DNA of 64,000 bases from the NCBI GenBank assembly GCA_002633005.1, contig NMRA01000102.1, positions 271,830 through 335,829 on the forward strand, in the 5' to 3' direction. The notes beneath the pieces are model-generated. The model did not search any database. It saw nothing but the letters and a program-made list of their open reading frames with translations, and had not been told where the DNA came from. The position numbers and the translations under genes were made by a program. How positions within the stretch are numbered: position 1 is the first letter of the stretch; each line of letters starts with the position of its first letter. Source of the stretch: Phoronis australis. Lineage: Eukaryota; Animalia; Phoronida. Positions 14,601 through 25,646 of this stretch are shown piece by piece.

Positions 14601-15232
14601 TTATTTTTAGTCTGTTTTTTGTCTTTTGTTTCTGTAAGTGCCAAACTACTCAGAGGATCATTATGAAATTTGACAGATGTGTTCCTACTGACAAGAGCAT
14701 GACTGACGTGGGTTTTCAAACAGGTCCAACCACTGTGGTGCCCACTAGTGACAATTTTTGCATCTGCGGATGTATCTCTTAAACCCCTTGCATGATGTTT
14801 TTAATTTAAATTTTGCAGTTGTATTCCTATCCATCTGGTGTCAGTTTGTTTTTTCTTTACGTTTGCCTTTGTATCTTTGGAGTTCTTTGATAGATTTTCA
14901 TGAAATTTGACAAATAATTTTGAGAGACGTCACCTTCCCTTCCCATTTTTGGTTGCGTTCAATGTATTCAATGTCATCTAATGGCCATTCTTTATGATAC
15001 AAATAAACACCCCTAGAAGCAATACCATTTGCAATGCAGTCATAGGCAATGTCATCTAACGGCCATTCTTTATGATACAAATAAACACCCCTAGAAGCAA
15101 TACCATTTGCAATGCAGTCATAGGCAATGTCATCTAACGGCCATTCTTTATGATACAAATAAACACCCCTAGAAGCAATACCATTTGCAATGCAGTCATA
15201 GGTGCAAGTCAACTCTGTGCGTTGCTCTTGTT
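8639..15232 (+). mobile_element. Cluster of nested/tandem HINE elements with ~450-bp (3 x ~150-bp) internal satellite
   Basis: Four 5' ends (8639, 10448, 11291, 13062: TTTTAYRCRCCCACATATTT-hairpin) and 3' ends at 10382, 12826, 15232; copy 11291-12826 interrupts the 10448 copy in a T run; period 450 bp (11491 vs 11941). Confidence 0.8.
14970..15203. repeat. 78-bp tandem repeat x3 at HINE 3' end
   Basis: AATGTCATCTAAYGGCC...GTCATAGG starting at 14970, 15048, 15126. Confidence 0.9.
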
Positions 15233-15264
15233 TGTAAACACAAGATTGTCGTGTTGTTTTACAG

Positions 15265-15384
15265 AGAAACGACTTGAAGACATAAATGCATTCGAAGGCC
15301 ACACACAAAGCTATTTTTCAAAAACTAAAGGTTATGAATTCAGTGGTGGAATAGAAGACGACCACAAGCCTTTTGAAGAATATG
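15265..15384 (+). CDS. QPCT: Glutaminyl cyclase exon
   Basis: ttacag|AG...TATG|gttagt; EKRLEDINAF...GGIEDDHKPF (conserved DDHxPF motif). Confidence 0.92.
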
Positions 15385-16362
15385 GTTAGTTCATACTGGT
15401 CTTAATTTAATAGCCACTATTTAGAATGCTAACAACCTCTGTATGCTGTTGTATAATAGACGACCACAAGCCTTTTGAGGATTATGGTTGGTTCACACTG
15501 GTCTTAATATTCACTATTTAGAATGCTGGTGCCAACAACGTGTTTTATTTGTTTACACTGATGGGTGATTTTTATTCTGTCACATACGAACTTGGTATTT
15601 GAATTGATTAGTCATACAACATGAAGACTTGCCTACTGGTTCCAATTATCATTCCTACTTATACATGATGAAACCATCGACCGACTTCATTAATTACCTC
15701 CATGACAAGTTTCATTGATGCTTACTGGATTTATTCCAGTTTTAAGTTTGCGATTTTGGTTTGACCTAATTACGGCTGTGTGAGTCGTTTATGAAAAAAT
15801 AACCTCTCATGGGTGTCAAGTAATGACCGATGTTTTCTCTTCCAGATTGGAACGTGAGTAGAAATTAAGTGTAGTTGACATAGGACACACCTAACCTAGT
15901 TTGTGTGATATAGAACATAGGTCATTCTTGGGGGTCATTTGTGATATATGTGGCAATGTTGCCATAAAACTTTTAACAAATGTTAGAACTTTTCATGAGA
16001 ATATTTCATCAGAATATGTGTTTTCTTTGGGAGCACTCTGACAAGTGGTGGTGTAAACACAAGTGGTGCTGCCCCCTGGTGTTGCTCAGGCAAGTTACAT
16101 GATAGAGGTTGGGGACATCAATTACAGTGTGTATTCTTCCGTTGTAGTCGACTGATTTTTGCTGTTCAAATTATGAAAAAGCTCAATTTTCAATGGGGGA
16201 TTTAATTTTTGTCGTCCACAGTGTCTAAAATGACCTGGGAAGAATGTTGCCACAAACAGGCAAGGCTATCACTGACCCCACATCTCTGTTCTATAATCCC
16301 CAAACAAAACAAGTCAGTCATAAAAGTCCAGGTGCTGTTATAAGTACCTATTGTAATCCTAA

Positions 16363-16611
<249 letters not shown>

Positions 16612-18528
16612 TCATCACATTATTTTGTTTCTTATGCCATCTTTAGTTCCAATCAGTACTGTAGTGGGGCGTAGGCGCAGCCAACCACCTTTTGGCATTT
16701 GAACTTAGCTTCTACGCACCGTAAGTTACGTTCAGTGCTCAAGGTTATACGGTGGGCTTTGGGCACCTACTTACCTCTAATTTTACCACTAAAGCTCTGG
16801 TTCCAATGCCCATTTTCTTTATAACCAATAATTTTCCATAATTGATATGGCACTGACATTTTGTCAGCGCTATCAAATTGTCTCAGTTGTTTACTAGGTA
16901 TTACATTAAAGTGACACAACATGGATATTTTCTGGTTCAAAGGATGATTTTGGATGTGGTGTGCTGCTTAATATTTGGAATTATTTGGTGATTTTTCTAC
17001 TGACAATACACTCAGTCTTGGTTGTCACTTATGAAATACTGCAGTCTAATATGTTTTACTCAACAAATGACCTGCATCAAAACTAGAGTAAGCGGACGGA
17101 AATATTTTTTAAGAGTAAGATGAAGTTCGGCTCTGAAAGTGCAAGTGCGTGAACAGAAGTCAGCGCACCGCGCAACTTAATTTAAGCTAAACAAAAATGT
17201 GACTCATACTTGTCCAACTTATCCACGTTTTACTGTATTCAGAGACATGTTTTTGTCAATCACACAGTATTGAAATGCAGGACAGACCTGGGTCAGGTTT
17301 ACCGTTGTTTGTTCACCAAAAGAGGGAACAAGTTTCCCACGAATGCGCTGCAATAGCCCCTTAAATTGAGTGGACCAGGTATGAATGGTTGCCGTAATTA
17401 CGTTTGTAATTCCTAATGATATCCCAGTTATGTCACAAAACCATTGTCTGTCAGCCGCCAGTAAGAGGGCTGGCTTGTAAGCAATTGAGATTTCATGGGA
17501 AAATTAGGTGTCATAAACGTTTTTAAAGTTCTTCCTAGGTTAGAAATTAATGGTTTGAAATTGTGTGCGATCAAAGTGCAATCCAATGAGGTTTATGGCC
17601 ACTTCTTTGTAGAAAGGGTCATAAATCTCACTGGATTAAAACTGGGGTTGCAACAGGTTTTGGCATTCAATTGTGTAGGTGTAACTGAAAGGTTCACTTC
17701 AGTGCGCACATGTAATAGGAGTTTGGCACATAATTTCACCAACATCAGAGCCCCCTGGGGGTTTGATTAATCAAAAAGTTTCAATTCCACTTGATTAATT
17801 CATAAATTAAACATTATAACTTTTGACTTCAGGAGCAGTGAATTGTGCTAGATTATTTTAACGACATCTCATGTCTGTCATTTGCCATTATATGACGACA
17901 TCATTTGTTGTTAATTAAACACTTTGTTCAGCTTAAAAAAGGACGCAACAAATAATGTAGTTGAGATGAGCCATCAGCAGAGTTTCAGGTTGGGGTCGTT
18001 ATGTAGACTGTAGACTCGTTCCATTCTGTAAGGACTGGTCTTCTCATTCGGCCACAATGTTGGTAATTTTCAGGGCAAGATACACGCACACCATACATGG
18101 TAGATTTCATGCTCATAATCAGAGTCATAAACTGGTGTTAAGCTGCGCTCGGCTCATCTAGCCACTCAGAGTGTAATTGGTTTATGGTGTGATGGATATA
18201 ATAATGGAACAACTTGTGCTAGCCGAGGTTCTCACCATTTCTTGTAATTCAACTGGGATGGAAGGCCGCAGGACTTTTTGAAATGTTAGAACACAATTTC
18301 AAACTGATTTCTAGAAATTGTTGAATTCATGAGTAAAAAAGTGTAAATAAATGTCATAGACACTCCAACACAAATTTTCCATACATATTGTGATCTTGGT
18401 AAAAACATCCAATAACCAAAGGTCACAAGTTTCTCGTGACGTATGGTTTACATGGTTTTTGTCCATCAACTATAAAATCATGTGGTAAATGATCCCAGTA
18501 TTTCAGAGTTAAAAGTTGTGCTGTGTTG

Positions 18529-18733
18529 TATAATTTGTGTTTGACAGACCAATCAGAAGGATACACTCATATAATTTGTGTTTGACAGACCAATCAGAAG
18601 GATACACTCATATAATTTGTGTTTGACTGACCAATCAGAAGGATACACTCATATAATTTGTGTTTGACAGACCAATCAGAAGGATATACTCATATAATTT
18701 GTGTTTGACAGACCAATCAGAAGGATACACTCA
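18529..18733. repeat. 41-bp minisatellite x5
   Basis: TATAATTTGTGTTTGACAGACCAATCAGAAGGATACACTCA repeated. Confidence 0.95.
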
Positions 18734-19369
18734 TCTTCTATTTTCTCATTGTGGCACTTTGGGATCAATCATTGCTGGCACCAGAATGTCTGGCGTGAAC
18801 CCAAGGTTGGTCATCATGCTGTGTACTTAAACCTGTCTCGTTATATTCTAGATTCATTTTGTTGACAAGAGAGGGAACCATCTTCGGGTGAATCTTATTT
18901 ATGTGTTTAAACTGCAATTGCTATGGAAACTCATTCACATAAATTGTATTATTGATCATAGGTTACAATAGCTATGTTTGTGTCCTGGAGTTGCCAGTAG
19001 TCTGCCTTTGGAAGCCATAGTGTCAATGATAAGTTCAGGTGCTTGAATCATATAGCTAAAACTGCAACTTCAGAATGCGAGTTCATAAAGTGACAATCTG
19101 AAAATGACAAGACAGATATTTTCATGTTCCCCATCACCTTTAGGTTTTAATAAGAAGTTCAATCAAATGCTGAATTTTCTAGGTTTGGCAGAAAATTGAA
19201 AAGTTGTGTTCATTCTTTAGTCAAACAGCAAGACTTGTTCAAGTGAAAATGAGGGAGCAATCAACATGTCTACTTGTTGAGTGCCTTCCACACTATGAGT
19301 TAGTCTAGGATAACCCCTGTAAAGAGTTGTCACCAGGTTTAGTTGTAGTGTTGACATTGTTTGCGCTGG

Positions 19370-19847
19370 GACAACTTGACACACGTGTGACAACTTGACA
19401 CACGTGTGACAACTTGACACACGTGTGACAACTTGACACACGTGTGACAACTTGACAAATGTGTGACAACTTGACACACGAGTGACAACTTGTCACACGT
19501 GTGACAACTTGGCACACGAGTGTCAACTTGGCACACGTGTGACAACTTGACACACGTGTGACAACTTGACACACGTGTGACAACTTGACACACGTGTGAC
19601 AACTTGACACACGTGTGACAACTTGACACACGTGTGACAACTTGACACACGTGTGACAACTTGACACACGTGTGACAACTTGACAAACGTGTGACAACTT
19701 GACAAACGTGTGACAACTTGACACACGAGTGACAACTTGTCACACGTGTGACAACTTGGCACACGAGTGACAACTTGGCACACGTGTGACAACTTGGCAC
19801 ACGTGTGACAACTTGACACGTGTGACAACTTGTACAGGTGACAACTT
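19370..19847. repeat. 19-bp minisatellite, ~25 copies
   Basis: GACAACTTGACACACGTGT unit; explains the overlapping repetitive ORFs in the track. Confidence 0.95.
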
Positions 19848-21711
19848 AAAGTATCCAACCTGATCCGGTAGTGTTGGTGTAAATGTTCAGACAATGAGCA
19901 AGTAGTTACCAGCTCTTCGCTGGCTCAGTCACGGTTATGCACGTAGTGTTGCCTGATTATTTTGGTGCCTGATTATTTTGGTGCCGTCTTTGCCATATTG
20001 TGTGGTGTACACACCTCATTCAACTGGGACTAGTTACTCCAAGCTAAGTTAATCAAGGGAAGTAGTAATGTTGACACAACTTTGGAAAGACCCTCCCTCC
20101 CTTTTCAGTAGCTTTCAAGTAGGTAATATCCTGTTAAAGATTTTTGATTAACTTGTGATCATTAAATAGAGTTGTTGCCAATTATTTTGTGATAATGTAA
20201 CTCCATCAACACCAAATAGTGAAAAGTTCAGCTGTTAGGTTTTGTAATGAATTGATGTTGTATCCAGTGAAAGGGACATTTCCTTCCCACTAAATCTCAA
20301 TTTAGAAACCACATAGGATTGGCCAACCCTTACTTACAATAATGGACTACTCGGTCTGTTATTGAGTTGGTAGTGACCTCTCAGTTTATTTATATATGGT
20401 AGAAATAAACTGCTGTTGTGGAAGGAATATGGATAAAAGTGGTTTGTTAGAGTTAATTGACTTATACCATTATTTTCATGTTTGGTCATCAGTAGGATGG
20501 AAATGTTACCATAGTAAAAGTTTGTTATCAATTATTATTGTTGGTCATAATTCGATAATGGATATCCATGACAAGTGTGTGTATTTATTGTATTCTAAAC
20601 TAGGTTGTTGAAAGTGTCGTGTTATTTAAAAAGTAGGATACAACAAGATTGTATGTGTGTATGTATTTACGCATTGGAATTTGGTCAAGTCCTCTTGTGG
20701 TTCTTTTTTCTATTTGTTTCCAACAAAGTATTCCCAGAACGATTGGACGACAGAGAGCTTGTATAAACTAACTCTTAGTCTCCGTTGTCGCATGGTTGTG
20801 ATGTGCGCTTGTGCTTTATATATCTGTATTCATCACTGTTTGAATTGAGAAGGTAATAATTGTTATCAGAAATGAAATAAACGACTTGTTGTAGCGAGAC
20901 CTTTGTTTCAGAACGCATCTCACAGAGGTCGCTGAACGTGGATGAATCGGATGCATCGCCATTCGCAGTTCGGTTCCTCACTATGATGCATTCGTCTTTT
21001 CACAACTAGCTGTATCTCCTTCTTCATATCCGGCTGTCGATTGTCGTATCTCACAACTAGCTGCATCTATTCTTATAATTCATACCCGACAGTCGATTAT
21101 CTTATCTCAACTCTCGACCCGCAGCCCACAACCCCATCGAACCACTGGCAGCCTACACATGCTCGACTCGATGTCATGAAAGAACAAGCGCTAACTTGCA
21201 GAACCAACAAGTCGGACCGTGAGCTCGACTGGCTTTTCCTTGTTTTTTGCAATTAAGAGAGTCGATTCGGCAAGTTTGAAAGCTAGAAACAGAAAAAAAA
21301 CGAGACCAAATCGAATCAAAGACTTACCGACGTAATGTCGGTCCGCGGGCAGAGTGTAATCGTCTCGGGTGGTATTTCCGCTTTTTGCAATCCAGAGAGT
21401 CGATTCGGCAAGTTTGGAAGCCAAAAATAGAAAAAAACAACGCAATCAAATCAAAGACCTACCACCGTTACAAATGTCGTTCCCGCCCGGCAAAGCGTAA
21501 TCGCCTCGTCTGCTTTTCAGTGGTCGATGGCAGATTCACTAGCTGTTTCGGGGACTCGCTGAGTTCGAGGAACCCACGAATATGTAATTTCTTCTCAACG
21601 TTACATGAATTATATTGTAACAGAGTAGAAAACAGAAAGCACTGATATAATGAAAATGTGAAAATACCGGTACGTCTATTCACGTTAACGTATTCTCTCC
21701 TTAGGTTTCGT

Positions 21712-22283
21712 CCAACATTGGCACGATATAGGGTATAGTGAAAACGCGCATTTTAAATTGTGTCGATTATTGAGGGTGAAATCGACACATTTCGTTTCGC
21801 GACCAAAACCCGCGGAAACTTCCTAATCATGCCCGGAGTAACAAAAGTCCGCAAACCTCAGATCTCGGTCCCGTCCGCTCCGCCAACTCAAAGAGAACGT
21901 ACCCGTGCGCCCCCTGTCTTCAACTCAGTGCCCAGTACTCGCTGGTTACCCGCGTGCATAGCCCAGCCAGCACGCAGGTATCACGCAGTGGCACACGCTT
22001 TAGCATTGGTCGATGTAACCTCGGCGGTCATTGGTTAGCTTCACAACAACGTGAAAAAATGGCGGCGGGCTGGGAACTACGATTTTTAGCCTTGTCATGC
22101 AAGTGGCGTCGCAGAAACTATTTCGTTTCTGCAGTGATGTTTAATAGCCGCGTGCTTGAAGCACATACATGTACAATAAACACATATCTGGCCGATTTAA
22201 CCGGTGTGTGTTGATTTCACCGTCAAAAACCGACACATTTTAAAATGCACGTTTTCACTTTACCCTATATCGTGCCATATATC
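21712..22283. mobile_element. MITE with ~70-bp TIRs
   Basis: GGCACGATATAGGGTA.AGTGAAAACG... (21720) and its inverse ending 22276; flanking direct repeat GGTTTCGT; paralogous empty site near 23565. Confidence 0.7.
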
Positions 22284-22925
22284 GGTTTCGTAGACTAGTA
22301 ACAGGGCCATTGATAGCCGCTCGTGGAGATATTTCCGTGGCAAGGCCTAACACGCTCACAATTCGCTATAGGCCTACCAGATCATGTTCTCTGTTTTTAA
22401 CACCAGACTTGAGCCAGAACAGATTCGCGTGTAGATAAGTATTATGGGAAAGTCGTCATTCAGCGACGTAACATGATTATGAAATAAGTGCAAACATACA
22501 CCATAGATTATAGACTATAGTCTATGGTGATACACCTATTGGTAGTCGTGGGTCGAGGGATTGTGGCAAGCAGTACTAGTACTACACTCCGTGGTTGTGG
22601 GTCGTGGGAATTGCGGGTCGAGGGGGTTTTCCCGTTCAGTGACTTTACCAGACGTAGGGGGTTCTGAGCGTGTGATAACATCTAGCTTTTTTGTTAACTG
22701 CCAAGCACACTCTTTTGTCTGTTATGACAACAAGCAGGCCAGTTATCTACCAGGCTTAATTATTAGCCTACAGAACACAAACTCAAAGTGAATTGATGTA
22801 TTCGGGCCGGGAAGAATAGATTGTCGTGACGGTAACTTCGGTTGCAGTTGGGCGATTTTGGCGATTCAAAAACTAAGCATGATCACCATTTGACGAAGAT
22901 TTCAGAAATGCAATTGTTTAGATAT

Positions 22926-23045
22926 GTTATAACCACAGGCGCTTGGGTTTATCGCAAATGACGTCACTCAATAATATATATAAGAAAACATATATATTAT
23001 TGAGTGACGTCATTTGCGATAAACCCAAGCGCCTGTGGTTATAAC
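22926..23045. repeat. Perfect 56-bp inverted repeat, 8-nt spacer
   Basis: 22926-22981 is the exact reverse complement of 22990-23045. Confidence 0.95.
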
Positions 23046-23795
23046 TTAATTTTTCTTTTTAACGGCACAACCCAGTCGGAGATTAGCGCAATTATCGAAC
23101 ATTGAAAAGAGAGCTGGCCCTCCAACCATTAGTAAATGCCAGAATGAAGTTAATCAGTCGTGTAAGATATTGGCTACAGGGGTAAACTTCCCAACTTGTT
23201 GTTGGGCTATGGAATGGAACGAGTTGGGAGCAACGGGAAAACACCATAATGCGTGGGGTGTGGAGGTCGAGCCTTGAGGGTTTTTTTAGTTCAGCTTAAA
23301 TGGGAGAGCATTCAAGCTTTTTTGGGAGAGTGCGAGGAACCGACGAATATGTAATTCCTTCAGCACAGTTTGAAAAAACAAACTGTTAACTATAAAGTAT
23401 CAGTCAACTTTACATGGAGTATATTGTCAACGAGCATACAACAGAAAGCAAAACACGTCATTTTCACGAAAGACGTCCGCGGCTCTAGTCGGCTGGCCGG
23501 CCAGACTGATAATACACGCAAGTCATTTGGCTTACGTAGTAGTAAACGCATAACGCACTCTCTCCTTAAGTTTAGTAGAACAGGGACAATGGTAAATGCT
23601 CGTGGAACTATTCATTCCGTGACAATGATAGCACGCTCCTAATCCGCTATTTTAGGTCATGTTCTCACGCCACTTTCTGCAGGTGTTTTTAACCACATGA
23701 GACTTGAGCCACAGAGAACAGGTTCGCGTGTAGTTTCGTCGCTGAATGACTTTCACATAAGAGCCTCATGTGAAAGTCATTCAGCGACGTAATAT

Positions 23796-24040
23796 CATGC
23801 GCGCACCCAGCCTTTAATATGGGGGGGCTCGAATCTCTCCGCACAAAGTGGACCTTTTGCTAACAAAAAAGCGGGAGGACTAAAAAACGGGGTACCACCG
23901 ACCTTCAGGTATGTGAACTGTGCGTCTGCGCCTTTTCAGTGGACTTTTGTCTCGTTTTCTCCTATACTTTTTATTTCTCCGAGGCGGACCTTTTTACCCA
24001 CTTCGCCAAATGGGGGACCCCCCTGGGTGCACGGCGTATG
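23796..24040. mobile_element. MITE with 5-bp TSD (possibly related element ~5711-5862)
   Basis: CATGCGCGCACCCAG...CTGGGTGCACGGCGTATG; TSD AATAT; the paralogous segment near 22470 lacks the insertion. Confidence 0.7.
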
Positions 24041-24375
24041 AATATGATTATGAAATGTGTAAATAGCGCAAGTATACATCTATTGCCACAGGTCGTGGAG
24101 GGAGTCGAGGGGGTTGTGGGTCGTGGGCCCGGGGGGGGGGAAGGTCGAGGTGGTTGTGGGTTGTGGGTCGAGGGGTTTTAGAACAATCCCAGTAGTCGAT
24201 TGCTTTCATATTACGGAAAAATCTCACCAATTTAGGACACAATACGACAAGTGAAATTTTACTTGATCATTTTCCATGAAACATGAATAGTGCCAAAGTA
24301 AATGATTTTCTATATTCAAGTTTTGTACCATGGGTACCATCAGACAACGTTTTGTACCATGCGGGGTACCATCAG

Positions 24376-24686
24376 CCCATACGAAAATATTCAATAGGAT
24401 TTCCTATAGGATCCAATGGGAAATCCTATAAGATTTTGTATAGGATTCCTATAGGATTCTATAGGATTTCCCGTAGGATTCCAATAGGATAATGGGCCAA
24501 AATCCAATTGGATTCCTATAGGATCCTATAGCATTCCTATAGGATTTCCCGTAGGATTCCTATAGGATTCCAATAGGATAATGGGCCAAAATCCAATTGG
24601 ATTTCTATTGGATCCTATTCATGGATTTCCTATAGGAATTCCTATAGGAATCCAATAGGAAATCCTCTTGGATTTTTTCGTAAGGG
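24376..24686. mobile_element. CACTA/EnSpm-like MITE with CCTATAGG internal repeats
   Basis: CCCATACGAAAA...TTTTCGTAAGGG ends, 2-bp TSD AG, inserted into a short host tandem repeat. Confidence 0.65.
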
Positions 24687-25593
24687 AGACGTTTTGTACC
24701 ATGGGTACCATCAGACAACGTTTTGTACCATGGGTACCATTAGGCATTCACAACAATGTCAGAAGCCCAATGCAAAAGTGATGTTTTTGGCAGAATTTGG
24801 TGAAATTTTACCTTAGCATATTTTATCTGTTATAAAAGATTATGAGAAAGCAACGTCGGCCAATGAGCCCTGAAATCTGGCCTACGTTACAATTTTGAAT
24901 TTTAAAACAGATTTCTGACGCCGCCAGACGGCTCAGCATTTACTCTGCCCCGGCCTCGAGCTATCTTGAGCCACGTCTGGTAACGAAATAAAGACAAAGC
25001 GTCATTTGGCAATCACATAGGCACTTCATCACTGGTGAATCCATGGCGCGTGCACAGGCTGGTCTGGATTCTGCAATATAACTAGAGAAAGACTTCTTCG
25101 AGGGATTATACAAGTAGGCTACAGAGATGCATTTTTTCAAATAAATAATTTCAAGTGTAGCCTCAGTGTTTGGATGCCCCAACCCATTAAGCACCCGGCC
25201 GGCAATTCTCAGTCATGTCAAAATAAGAACAACTTTTGAATTTATACCCCCGGCCTGTAAATATTGATCTCGGCCTTGACTCCCATTAAAACTGGTTTGC
25301 CGGCTTTGGTATTGAAGTCCTTAAGGAATTCCTCAGTTGTACTTTCATGCAACAGAAGTTTCATGGATTGCGTTAGTTCGGCGAGATGGGGTCACAGCAA
25401 CTATAAAGAAAGTCATTTAGGTACAGTAACTCCTCCGTTACTTCAAAACAGAAATAGTGTGTGTGAATGGCTTCTTCAGTAAAATTCAAGGGCATTTCCC
25501 ACGCACCCTTTGTTATATTTTTGGCATGCGTGTTTTTTTTGTCTTTTTTTTGATGGCGACCCGATGATGCGTGTCTGACGGCAACATGACTCA

Positions 25594-25646
25594 ATGGAGC
25601 TTGTTTTCGTGACTCCTATCATAGGAGTCACGAAAACAAGCTCCAT
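25594..25646. repeat. Perfect 26-bp palindrome, 1-nt spacer
   Basis: ATGGAGCTTGTTTTCGTGACTCCTAT-C-ATAGGAGTCACGAAAACAAGCTCCAT. Confidence 0.95.

Noticed and set aside
14898-15308. 136-aa minus-strand ORF with triple repeat
   Set aside because: Product of the 78-bp tandem repeat, antisense to a QPCT exon
19217-19894. Long Cys/His-rich ORFs, and a CRISPR-like look
   Set aside because: Translation of a 19-bp minisatellite; no unique spacers, eukaryotic context
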